The translations under genes and the position numbers were made by a program. From contig CBDCNP010000002.1 in the NCBI GenBank assembly GCA_965219415.1, positions 3,840,001-3,904,000 on the forward strand: a stretch of 64,000 nt of DNA, in the 5' to 3' direction. Of this stretch, positions 19,450 through 28,967 are shown piece after piece (the first letter of the stretch is position 1; each line of letters begins with the position of its first letter). This stretch comes from Candidatus Marinacidobacterales bacterium. Lineage in GTDB: Bacteria > Acidobacteriota > Vicinamibacteria > Marinacidobacterales > DATDRI01. Below the pieces are notes generated by a model. That model was not told the DNA's origin. It ran no database searches and saw nothing but the letters and a program-made list of their open reading frames with translations.

Positions 19450-20470
19450 GGTAGTGGTCGATGTTGGCGCGGTAGTATTCGACGGTTCGACGGAGACCCT
19501 CGCGAAGGTCGATGCGAGGCTCCCAACCGAGCTTTTTCTTTATCTTGCTGAAATCGTTGTAGAAGTCCCCGATGTCGATGCGCTTGCGTTCCTCTGGAAA
19601 GGGAACCAGCTGAAAACCACCGGCCCCGCCGGCGACATCCAATAACGTTTCTACGAACTCCAACAGGCTGACCGGGGGGCTGGCGCCGAGGTTGTAGACC
19701 TCTCCAACGGCTTCGTCGGTGGAGGCAGCGCCCAAGAAGGCCTCAACGACATCGTCGACGTAGTTGAAATCACGCTTCTGGGTCCCGTCGCCAAAGAGCT
19801 GGATCTCTTCTCCCTGGACCGCGAGACGTATGAACCAGCTCGCGAACCCTTGCCGGTTGTGCTTGATCAGCTGTCGTGGACCGTAGGTATTGGTGAGCCG
19901 CAGGGACGTGGTGCGCAGTCCATAAACTTGATGATAGAGCCGATGATACATCTCACCGCTCGCCTTGTTGACACCGTTGACGTCGGTCGGCTGAATAGGA
20001 TGTCCCTCATCGGCCGGCAGTCGCACCGGTCGACCGTAGATCTGCCGGGTGCTGGCGTAGAGGATGCGGACGTTCGGGTTGCCCTTGCGACAAGCTTCAA
20101 GGATCGAGAGCTGGCTACCGCAATTGATCTCCAAATCGGTCTCCGGATCGCGCATGCTGTCGATGTGACTTACTTGACCCGCCAAATTGAAGAGGTATTG
20201 CTGACGCTGCAGGAGGTACTGCATCCCGTTCACGTCTCGGACATCGGCGATATTGATCCGAAGCTTTGGCTCGAGCCCATCGACGTTGTACAAGTTCCCG
20301 CCATAGTCCGGGATGAGGGAGTCCACCAAAAGAACCTCGGCGCCGAGCCCTACCAAGCGCCGCGCGAGGTTGCTCCCGATGAAGCCAAGCCCTCCGGTGA
20401 TCAGGACGCGCTTGCCGAAAAATGTATCGCGGTAGCGGGCCTCCAGGTCGGTTGGCGCGTCAGTTGGCAT
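19442..20470 (-). CDS. NAD-dependent epimerase/dehydratase
   Basis: GGLGFIGS, RLTNTYGPRQ, RDFNYVDD; the YxxxK position reads NGVNK. Confidence 0.88.
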   Translation of the reverse strand: MPTDAPTDLEARYRDTFFGKRVLITGGLGFIGSNLARRLVGLGAEVLLVDSLIPDYGGNLYNVDGLEPKLRINIADVRDVNGMQYLLQRQQYLFNLAGQVSHIDSMRDPETDLEINCGSQLSILEACRKGNPNVRILYASTRQIYGRPVRLPADEGHPIQPTDVNGVNKASGEMYHRLYHQVYGLRTTSLRLTNTYGPRQLIKHNRQGFASWFIRLAVQGEEIQLFGDGTQKRDFNYVDDVVEAFLGAASTDEAVGEVYNLGASPPVSLLEFVETLLDVAGGAGGFQLVPFPEERKRIDIGDFYNDFSKIKKKLGWEPRIDLREGLRRTVEYYRANIDHYLG

Positions 20471-20512
20471 GAACGGTTGGCCGGAAGAAACCGGCGAAAG
20501 GCTTGCGGTCGG

Positions 20513-21286
20513 CTAAGACGCCAACCTCTGCCCGTCTCGGGTGGATTCCCGTTTGGCAGACGGGGAGCTCGGCGCACGGTGGACTTTCCGTATAACCAAG
20601 TCGACCCAAAGCCGAGAGAGATCATATAGGGTTCGGATGACGCGGGGAAAGTTGAAGAACTGACTCTTTCCATAGGCACGGTGATAGTGGTGGACGGGAA
20701 CCTCTCGAATCGAGTACCCAGCGTCTTGTACCTTTTTCATCAATTCGACACAGATCACACCGCTCGACTTGGTGAGCGCAACGCGGTCGAAGATGTTTTT
20801 CCGAAACAGACGAAAATCGCAATCTACATCGCGCAGCTTGAGTCCGAAGGCGATTCGTACCGTCCAGTGATACAGCCTTCCAACAATGATTCGGTGGACG
20901 GGATCGGAGCGGCCGATTTTGTATCCGTTGACGAAATCGACGCCGTCATCCATCGCTTCCACCAAGGCTTTCACCTCACGGGGATCGTACTGCGCGTCAC
21001 CGTCGGTATAAAAAACGAGCTCTTTGGTGGCGGAGGCGAAACCGGTACGGAGCGCACCGCCGTAGCCCTGGTTCTTCTCATGTTGCACGACTCGGAGCTC
21101 GGGGATGATGCTCGCAAGCTCGGCGAGAACGTCTGCGGTGTGATCCCGACTGCCATCGTTGACCACCACGATTTCGAAATCATCGGTGAGCTCACGTACC
21201 GTCATGCGTGCCGACACGACCATGCTGGCGATGGTACCGGCGTCGTTATATGCGGGGAAGAAAACGGAAATGGCGGGACGGGTCAC
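20513..21286 (-). CDS. Glycosyltransferase family 2 (polyprenol-phosphate glycosyltransferase, DPM1/ArnC-like)
   Basis: FPAYND, VNDGSRD, NQGYGGA, DGDAQYDP, RDVDCDFRL motifs; GTG start. Confidence 0.88.
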   Translation of the reverse strand: MTRPAISVFFPAYNDAGTIASMVVSARMTVRELTDDFEIVVVNDGSRDHTADVLAELASIIPELRVVQHEKNQGYGGALRTGFASATKELVFYTDGDAQYDPREVKALVEAMDDGVDFVNGYKIGRSDPVHRIIVGRLYHWTVRIAFGLKLRDVDCDFRLFRKNIFDRVALTKSSGVICVELMKKVQDAGYSIREVPVHHYHRAYGKSQFFNFPRVIRTLYDLSRLWVDLVIRKVHRAPSSPSAKRESTRDGQRLAS

Positions 21287-21472
21287 GGTGCGGAATTCCT
21301 TGCCTAATAAGGCGTTTCAAGCCTGCAGACGCTGGAAAACTATCATAGCAATCACGGGATGTCAATGTGAGCCAAGGAGTTCCGCCCTCGCAGCGAGACC
21401 CAACAGAAGCGAGAGTTGAGAGACGATAGCCCCTATGCTAACGTCCGACGCCGTCTCCCGAAGGTCGACTTG

Positions 21473-22315
21473 ATGCCGGCAACTCTCTACGTCGTAGCCA
21501 CGCCCATCGGGAATCTCTCCGATATCTCCACCCGCGCGCTCGAAGTGCTCGAATCGGTCAAGCTGATCGCTTGCGAGGACACGCGCACCACGCGACGACT
21601 GCTCAGTCGGCATGGAATCAGAACCCCTACCATCAGCTACCACGAGCACAACGAACACCAGCGAGCTCCCCAGCTCGTGAAACGGCTTCACACCGGCGAA
21701 GACCTTGCCTTGGTCTCGGACGCGGGAACGCCGGGCGTCTCCGACCCCGGCTACCGCCTGGTAGCCGCGGCTCGAGAGGGCGGGGTTCCGGTGCGAGCCG
21801 TGCCGGGGCCAAGCGCCACCATCGCCGCTCTTTCCGTCTCCGGTCTCCCCACCTCGAGCTTCTGCTTCCGGGGCTTCTTGCCGAGTCGCGGCCGGGCCCG
21901 CGCCCAGGCCATTGAATCCCTGGCGTCGGCAACCCACACGTCGATCCTCTTCGAGTCGGCGCGACGCGCCCCTGCGTTGCTGCAACTGCTCTCACAACGG
22001 CTCGGTCCTCGACCGGCGTTCCTTGCCCGCGAGATGACCAAAGTACACGAAGAGCACCGAAACGGTACTTTGATCGAGCTCGCAGAATGGGCTCGTGAGA
22101 AATCGCTCAGGGGAGAGCTGACTCTTATCATCGGTCCCGCCGAACGGAAGGCGCGTTCTTCCCTCACGCCGGACGAAATCGCGAAACGTTATTCGGAACT
22201 AACCGCGGAAGGGATGAAGCGGCGTGAGGCGGTCAAGATCGTGGCCCGGGAGACCGGGCTTCCCTCTCGCCTGCTCTATCGTCAGTTGCTAGTGCTAGGC
22301 TCCGACTCAGAATGA
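21473..22315 (+). CDS. rsmI: 16S rRNA (cytidine1402-2'-O)-methyltransferase
   Basis: LYVVATPIGNL, ACEDTR, SDAGTPGVSDPG, AREMTKVHEE; start placed at ATG 21473. Confidence 0.93.
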   Translation: MPATLYVVATPIGNLSDISTRALEVLESVKLIACEDTRTTRRLLSRHGIRTPTISYHEHNEHQRAPQLVKRLHTGEDLALVSDAGTPGVSDPGYRLVAAAREGGVPVRAVPGPSATIAALSVSGLPTSSFCFRGFLPSRGRARAQAIESLASATHTSILFESARRAPALLQLLSQRLGPRPAFLAREMTKVHEEHRNGTLIELAEWAREKSLRGELTLIIGPAERKARSSLTPDEIAKRYSELTAEGMKRREAVKIVARETGLPSRLLYRQLLVLGSDSE

Positions 22316-23382
22316 AGATCCTCGAGGGCATGGCCCAAGGCGGCTTCGAACAGGTCGTCGCGTTGAATGACGCTTCCTGTGGCCTCTCCGGTTTTCTCGT
22401 CATCCACGACACCACGCGCGGACCAGCCGCTGGGGGTATTCGAATCTACTCATATTCGACAGAAGAAGACGCTCTCGCCGACGGTTTCCGACTGGCAAGT
22501 GCCATGACGTTCAAAGGGGCGGCCGCCGGCCTTCCGGTGGGTGGGGGCAAAATCGTACTCCGAGAAAGTCCAGACATGAACCGCGAGGAAGTGTTACGCG
22601 CCGTCGGTCGCTTCATCCAAGGCCAAGGCGGGCGCTTTCTAGCCGGCAGAGACGTGGGAGTACCGGTCCCGCACGGAGCTTGGGTCCGTAGCGAGACCCG
22701 CTTCATGGTCGATGAAAGCGAAAACGGGGTGGGGGATCTCAACCGCTCGACGGCTATTGGTGTCGAGTCTGGCGCACGAGCGGCATTGAATTTTCGGCTC
22801 GGGTCCGATCGCTGGAGAGGTGTACGAGTTGCGATTCAAGGCGCGGGAGGCGTGGGAAGCTGGCTAGCGAAGATCCTGGCCGAACAGGGAGCAGAGCTTT
22901 GGATATCGGATACCCGACCGGAAGCTCTCGAAACCTTGTCGTCGGAAGTTCGTTTTCACGAAGTCGCTCCCGCCGAGATCTTCGGTGCCTCGGAAGACTT
23001 GTTTTGCCCCTGCGCAGTGGGTAGCGTGATCAACGACCAGACGCTCGACAAACTTCGGGCGCGTGTGGTGGCGGGCTCTGCCAATAACGTGCTCGCCGAA
23101 TCGAGACACGGTGAGACACTCCGTGCACGCAACATCACCTATGCCCCCGACTTCTTGGTCAACTCCGGCGCTCTGATCCAAGGCATTCGGTTCTTGCTCA
23201 ACGGAGAGACCGACAGCAGCGAGGCCATCTCGGCGATCGGTGACAAAACGCGTCGACTGCTCGATGAAGCGGCCGTGAAAGGAGAGCCGCCGGAAGCTCT
23301 TTTGTTGAGTCAAACCCTCGAGACGATCGACCGTCGGAGCACTTGGCGGGACTGGAGCTGGCCGGAGGCCCGAGACTCGTGA
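22312..23382 (+). CDS. Leu/Phe/Val dehydrogenase family
   Basis: GPAAGGIR, MTFK, GGGK, QGAGGVG, GSANNVL, YAPDFLVNSG motifs. Confidence 0.88.
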   Translation: MKILEGMAQGGFEQVVALNDASCGLSGFLVIHDTTRGPAAGGIRIYSYSTEEDALADGFRLASAMTFKGAAAGLPVGGGKIVLRESPDMNREEVLRAVGRFIQGQGGRFLAGRDVGVPVPHGAWVRSETRFMVDESENGVGDLNRSTAIGVESGARAALNFRLGSDRWRGVRVAIQGAGGVGSWLAKILAEQGAELWISDTRPEALETLSSEVRFHEVAPAEIFGASEDLFCPCAVGSVINDQTLDKLRARVVAGSANNVLAESRHGETLRARNITYAPDFLVNSGALIQGIRFLLNGETDSSEAISAIGDKTRRLLDEAAVKGEPPEALLLSQTLETIDRRSTWRDWSWPEARDS

Positions 23383-24470
23383 GCTGGTTTCGTTTGTTTC
23401 TCACACACTGCCGGCTCCCTTTGGTGCTGGCGGTGGTCGGCGTGGTGCTGACTCTACCAGCGGCATGTACATCGATCCGTTGGCCGAGAGCCGTTGAGCT
23501 TCGCCGCGGCGGTGTCGAGCGGGCGCCGGCGATGCTACTGGCGCTGTGGGCGCAACCCCCCGCCGACCTGGCAACGGTCGGCCCGGAGCCGCTGCCGACG
23601 GTGATTTGGCTAATGGGGACGACTCTCGTCGTCTTGCTGGTCATCCTTCTCAAACCCTTGCTCGAAGAGGAGCGGACCGCGCGGTTTTGGGCAATGGGCA
23701 TGATCTTGTCGCTCTTGCTGACGAGCACAAGCTATCCCGCGAATCGCTATCTCCTCGTCCCAAGTTTGGGGGCGATGGGACTCCTCGCGCTTTTCCTGCA
23801 AGGTTGGCGCGAGGGATGGCCCGACTCTTCCCGATCGCAAGTATGGAGGGGCGTGGCAAAAGTGAGCGCCGTTTTCTTTGTCGTCATCCACCTGTTGCTC
23901 GCGCCCTTGGCGCTTGCATACAGCACCTGGGCTCTAGCGGCTCCCGCGCGGCTCCCCGCGAACGTCGCCCGCTCGCTTCCCGACGACCCTGCGCTCTCTG
24001 AGCAGCAACTGGTCATCGTCAACGCTCCCGACTTTCTTCTCTTCACCGGTTTCCTTTTCCCCATCCGTTTCATGGAACAGCTACCGATCGCGAAGCGCCA
24101 ATCGGTTCTGGCCACCGGCCCGGTCGATCTTTCGCTACGGCGCGTCGACGAACGAACGATTGCCATCAGGAGTGACCATGGTTTCCCTTCCGGGTTCACG
24201 GACGGCCTCTACCGGAGCGGCGACCAGCCCTTCGCCGCCGGTCAGAAAATCCAACTTCCAGGAATGGCTGTGGAGATCCTCGCGACCCATGACGAGAACC
24301 TAGTCACCGAGGCGGTCTTTCACTTTGATGTGCCTTTGGAAGATCGGTCACTGCGTTGGTTTCGGTGGGAGACAGGATCCTTCGTTTCCTTTCAACCGCC
24401 GAGAATCGGCGACACCATTCGGCTCGACCCCGCCCTTTTCCCCGGCACCGCACCGCGTAAGCCGCGGTGA
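23379..24470 (+). pseudogene. Probably damaged or internally deleted membrane protein
   Basis: GTG 23379 gives a TM segment (..VVLTLP). Plausible protein text (SGMYIDPLAE / EPLSFAAAV / ERAPAMLL) is then spread over three frames at 23459-23520 before a hydrophobic C-terminal half. Confidence 0.45.
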
Positions 24471-24505
24471 CGGGGCAAGTCCCAAAACCGCCCGAACTAC
24501 GGGGT

Positions 24506-24535
24506 TTGACCCTAAACCGCTCCGGATCTTATAAT
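24506..24535 (+). promoter_or_regulatory. Sigma70-type promoter, likely the original promoter of the TPR-yvcK-glmU-glmS genes
   Basis: TTGACC (24506-24511), 18-nt spacer, TATAAT (24530-24535). Confidence 0.6.
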
Positions 24536-24682
24536 TGTGGTCTGTCTTCGATAAACGACTCGCCCAACCGAGTATCTATTTCGTATTTTCGAAGTTTGAG
24601 GGCTCCACGCTGTTGTCGGCGTTAACCGGCTCTACCGGCATTAACTTCAGGGGCTCGGCTTTTCGGGCAAGAAACGTATTTC

Positions 24683-26068
24683 GGGTTTACGCGGATTCGT
24701 GTGGGTAAGTTCTGACGGAAAAACAGTGTAACTCATTGTGTGGAAAAGGTATCGAGTACTTCATCAGGTGCTGAAAAGTGGTCCATTTTTAGGATAGGCT
24801 AACCGAGTGAAAAATTCCCAGTCGATCCGCTCGCTGTTTGCGCTGCCAGGTTTCGTGGTTGGTGCCGGATTGAAGGGTCTATTCGGTGACCGATACGCCC
24901 GCGTCATCCAGCTCAAGAGGCGAAAAAAACAGCTGTGTGCTCTTACTGTGGGCAACGGTGCCGGGGGCGCTATGACAAGCAAGTGTGCCGGGTCCGCGAC
25001 CTGTCGTTGGCTGGCTGGCGGATCTATCTGGAATACGAGCGTCGGCGCGTCAACTGTTCTGGGTGCGGCGGTGTGCATGTAGAACACCTAGACTGGCTGG
25101 CGAACAACTCGCGCTACACCCAGCGTTTTGCGACGCCATGTGGGCAAGCTGTGCCGGGATATGCCGAACAAGGCGGTGGCCGAGATGGAACGTCTGCACC
25201 ACGGTACGGTGAAGGCTCTGGATACACTCTACATGCAAGAGTAGGTCGAACCGGGCGGGGCTACCGGCGCCTCGGGCCATCGGTGTCGATGAGATCTCCA
25301 TCCGCAAGGGACATAACTATCGCGTCATTGTCAGCGACCTGGAGCGGGCGCGTCCCATCTGGGTGGGCGGTGAGGGTCGCAAAGAAACCGACATCGATTT
25401 GTTCTTCAAGGCGCCGGGCGGAAAGAAAAGCGCCCGTATCAAGCTGGCCGCCATGGATATGTGGAAGCCCTTCCGGAACTCGGTGATTCACAACGCGCCT
25501 AATGCGCGGATCATCTTCGACAAGTTTCATATCATGCGTCATCTGTCAAAGGCCCTCGATGAGGTCCGGCGCGGTGAGTACAAACGCCTCAGCGGCAAGG
25601 ACCGGTCGTACATCAAGGGGCAGCGTTACACTTTGCTTTCCCGGCGGGAGAACCTGAGCCTAGACGGTCGCCGCGCACTCAAAAAGTTGCTCCAGGCCAA
25701 CCGGCGCCTGAACACCGCCTATATTTTGAAGGAGGCCTTCGGGCAACTCTGGGATTACCGCACCGAACGCGGCGCTCGCGCCTTTTTCACCCGTTGGAAA
25801 GACAGCCTCAAATGGCAACGCCTGCATCCGTACCAGAAGTTCGCCGGTATGATTGAGTCCCATTGGGATGGTATCGCCTCCTACTGTCATCCGGAGAACA
25901 AAGTCAGTCTCGGCCTAGTTGAAGGGGTCAACAACAAAATCCGTGTTCTGCAACGACGCGCCTACGGCTATCGCGACGAGGAATATCTCAAGCTGAAGAT
26001 CGTGGCGGCTTTCCTTCCGCCATTACCCAGAAATGCAGTTTTCAACCCACACGAATCCGCGTAGACCC
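24683..26068 (+). mobile_element. ISL3-family insertion sequence (1386 bp)
   Basis: 24-bp terminal IRs GGGTTTACGCGGATTCGTGTGGGT / rc GGGTCTACGCGGATTCGTGTGGGT (23/24 identical); 8-bp target duplication CGTATTTC at 24675-24682 and 26069-26076. Confidence 0.95.
24807..26064 (+). pseudogene. ISL3 transposase, disrupted
   Basis: Zn-ribbon CxxC...CxxC, IGVDE, MDMW, DKFH, EGVNNKI..L.RRAYGYR motifs. -1 shift at A7C (24923-24930), further shifts near 25135 and 25255, in-frame TAG at 25242. Confidence 0.88.
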
Positions 26069-26089
26069 CGTATTTCTATAGGAGGTTCT

Positions 26090-26656
26090 ATGGCAAAGAA
26101 GGCCACCACTCGCTCCAAGGGGGGGCTGTTCTCACGAAAGAAACTGGCGAAAAAGACCGCCAAGCGCGAAGGCTACGGCAAGTCACTCGAGGCCTTCGAG
26201 AAGGCCTTGAAGGTGCTGCACAAAGGTGACGTCGACCGGGCCCGGGACCAGTTCAAGAACCTAGCCGGCGAGCTCGGTTCTGACCCCGAGCTGGCCGACC
26301 GAGCGCAGGCGTACATTACGATTTGCGACCGCCAGAAGAAGAGCAAGGGCTCGTTCGCGCCCCGTACGTTCGAAGAGGTGGTGACCTACGGTGTTTTTTG
26401 CCACAACCGGGGCGATTATGATCGCGCCATCAAGTACCTCTCTAAAGCCGTCGACATGGAGCCTAAGAGTGACCACGCGCATTACTGCCTCGCCGCCGCC
26501 TATTCGCGACACGGAGACACCCGAGATGCGGCTCGACATCTCAAACAAGCGGTGGTCGGAGATTCATACAACCGCGTCCTAGCCAAAAACGACGAAGATT
26601 TCGCCACGATCAGGGACGAAACAGAAGTAGCCCAGCTGTTGGCAACAACCGAGTAG
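26090..26656 (+). CDS. TPR-repeat protein with Lys-rich N-terminus
   Basis: GGAGG RBS at 26081, ATG 26090 (MAKKATT...); TPR pattern GDYDRAIKYLSKAVDMEP..AHYCLAAAY. Confidence 0.8.
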   Translation: MAKKATTRSKGGLFSRKKLAKKTAKREGYGKSLEAFEKALKVLHKGDVDRARDQFKNLAGELGSDPELADRAQAYITICDRQKKSKGSFAPRTFEEVVTYGVFCHNRGDYDRAIKYLSKAVDMEPKSDHAHYCLAAAYSRHGDTRDAARHLKQAVVGDSYNRVLAKNDEDFATIRDETEVAQLLATTE

Positions 26657-26679
26657 TCAAGAGTAATTGGGGTTGGGTC

Positions 26680-27708
26680 GTGATCTATGGTCTACGGGTC
26701 GTCGCAGTCGGCGGGGGCACTGGGCTCGCCGCTCTGCTGACCGGCCTCAAGAAGTTCGTCGACCCACCTGATTCCCGCTCTCTCTCGAGAGACTCGGTTT
26801 ATTTCGCGGACCTTGCCGCGTTGGTAACGGTCACCGACGATGGCGGCAGCTCGGGGAGGCTGCGCGACGAGCTCCAGATACTCCCGCCTGGAGACGTTCG
26901 GAACTGCTTGCTGGCACTTTCGAGCGACGAGTCGCTGCTGTCTTCCCTGTTTCAGTATCGTTTCAAGGGCGACGGTGGTCTTGGCGGCCACAACTTTGGC
27001 AATCTTTTCCTGGCAGCGCTCACTTCCGTGACCGGCGACTTCTACAGCGCGGTCCGCGCCGCCTCACACGTCCTCGCCATCGAAGGACGTATCTTCCCCT
27101 CGACGACTCAGAATGTCTCATTAGTTGCCGAGCTCGAGGACGGGAGCGAGGTTCGTGGGGAAACACGCATCAGCGCTTCGACCGAGACCATTCGCAGCGT
27201 TCGTCTGGATCCGCCCGATTGTCCGCCGCTCGAAGACTCTCTCGCCGCTATCGAGGAAGCGGATCTCATCCTCATCGGGTCGGGATCGCTCTATACGAGC
27301 CTGATTCCCAATCTTCTCGTCCCGGGCGTCGCCGAGGCGATTTCTCGATCGCAAGCTCTCGTGGTGTATCTGTCGAACATCATGACCCAACCGGGCGAGA
27401 CGACCGGCTACGGCGTGCGCGATCACGTGGAGGCGTTTTCGACACACTGCCCGGGGCTCGAACTCTCTTTCGTTCTCGCCAACGGGACCGCAGTACCGGA
27501 GCCGACGCGCGAACGCTATCGCTCCGAGGGTGCGGAACCAGTCACCTGCTCCCCCGCCGACGAGAACGCGCTGGCCTGCCCGGTACTGGTGGAAGACCTT
27601 CTCGGCGCGGGAGAACCGGTACGCCACGATGGCAGGAAAACCGCGGAAGCACTTCAAACGCTCTTTCCTCAGACTCGCTTCGAGACAACGCGCAGTAAGG
27701 GCGTCTGA
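26680..27708 (+). CDS. yvcK: YvcK/GlmR family (CofD-like, UDP-GlcNAc-binding)
   Basis: GGGTGL, DDGGSSGRLR, PPGDVRNCL, GHNFGNL, GSLYTSLIPNLL, NIMTQPGET, RHD motifs. Confidence 0.92.
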   Translation: MIYGLRVVAVGGGTGLAALLTGLKKFVDPPDSRSLSRDSVYFADLAALVTVTDDGGSSGRLRDELQILPPGDVRNCLLALSSDESLLSSLFQYRFKGDGGLGGHNFGNLFLAALTSVTGDFYSAVRAASHVLAIEGRIFPSTTQNVSLVAELEDGSEVRGETRISASTETIRSVRLDPPDCPPLEDSLAAIEEADLILIGSGSLYTSLIPNLLVPGVAEAISRSQALVVYLSNIMTQPGETTGYGVRDHVEAFSTHCPGLELSFVLANGTAVPEPTRERYRSEGAEPVTCSPADENALACPVLVEDLLGAGEPVRHDGRKTAEALQTLFPQTRFETTRSKGV

Positions 27709-27757
27709 CGGCCCGGAAGGCGCAGTTAATAAGAAAGTGCTAGTCTAAGATCAACCA

Positions 27758-28960
27758 ATGCCATCACAACTTACGCTGGTTCTTTGGTCCGGGTCCGGCG
27801 AAGACTCCGCAAAGGACCTTCTCGGTAGGCCGCTCTGGAAACGAACCCTCGAGGCCGCTCAACCGCTCCGACCAAAGCGCACTCTGTTGGTTCTGAATAA
27901 AGGCGGCCGCGCTGCTCTAAACGGGCTCAACGGCATCGAGCCGGTGACCAAGAGACGCTTCTCCGAGGCGCTTGCCGGACTGAGGGGAAAGTTGCTCCTC
28001 CTCCCTGCCGAGATGCCATGTGTGACCCTTCGCAGCTTGAGGCGTCTGGTAGCCGCAGCTCGGTCTGGACCTTCTCGGCTAGTAGTAGAGAACGGGACAC
28101 CGATCGTATGCTGCACCGCGGGGCGCCTTCGAGCCGCAAGCGGCGCATTCCGAAACGGTCTCGATTCCCTAGCCGATCACATACAAGCCTCCGAAGTTCG
28201 ACCCGCGACAACGGAAGAGCTGCTGCTGGTCAAGACCAACGCCGACTGGGCGAAGGCGATGCAGATCATTCGTCGCCGAACCGTAGAGCGCCTCATGGCG
28301 AGCGGGGTCCTCGTCGACGATCCATTGACCGTGCACATCGATCCCGATGTGAAAGTGGGCCGCCGCACCAGAATCCGTGGGTGGGTCGTGATCGAAGGCG
28401 CAAGCCGTATTGGAACCGACTGCGATGTGGGAAGCTTCACCCACGTTGTGGACTCGGTCGTGGGTTCGCGTACCGTGCTCCTCGATCATTGTTTCATCCG
28501 CCAGAGCCGTATCGGTCGCGGCGCCCAAGTCGGGCCCTTCGCTCATCTGCGCCCGGAATCCATCCTCGGCAACAAGACGAAGGTCGGGAACTTCGTGGAA
28601 ATGAAGAAATCGACGCTCGGTGCAGGGAGCAAGGCTCCGCACCTGACCTACCTGGGCGATGCCGAGGTCGGACGCGGCGTCAACGTCGGCGCCGGAACCA
28701 TCACTTGCAACTACGATGGGAGCACCAAACACCTTACGGTCATCGAGGACGGCGCGTTCATCGGAAGTGATGTGCAACTGGTAGCCCCGGTTCGGATCGG
28801 ACGGGGAGCCTATGTCGCGGCCGGCTCTTCGATCGTGGACGATGTTCCGGCCGGTTCGCTGGCGATCGCTCGGGGCCGGCAAGTTGTCAAGCTCGACTAC
28901 GTACGTGATGTGGCTCGCGCCCGAACCAAGAAGTCTAGACCTTCCAAGAGACGATCGTAG
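27758..28960 (+). CDS. glmU: GlmU homolog: intact GlcN-1-P acetyltransferase beta-helix, degenerate N-terminal uridylyltransferase domain
   Basis: C-terminal [37 protein letters not shown] are intact; the N-terminus lacks LAAGxGTRM and other motifs; only 400 aa. Confidence 0.88.
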   Translation: MPSQLTLVLWSGSGEDSAKDLLGRPLWKRTLEAAQPLRPKRTLLVLNKGGRAALNGLNGIEPVTKRRFSEALAGLRGKLLLLPAEMPCVTLRSLRRLVAAARSGPSRLVVENGTPIVCCTAGRLRAASGAFRNGLDSLADHIQASEVRPATTEELLLVKTNADWAKAMQIIRRRTVERLMASGVLVDDPLTVHIDPDVKVGRRTRIRGWVVIEGASRIGTDCDVGSFTHVVDSVVGSRTVLLDHCFIRQSRIGRGAQVGPFAHLRPESILGNKTKVGNFVEMKKSTLGAGSKAPHLTYLGDAEVGRGVNVGAGTITCNYDGSTKHLTVIEDGAFIGSDVQLVAPVRIGRGAYVAAGSSIVDDVPAGSLAIARGRQVVKLDYVRDVARARTKKSRPSKRRS

Positions 28961-28967
28961 ATCACCT

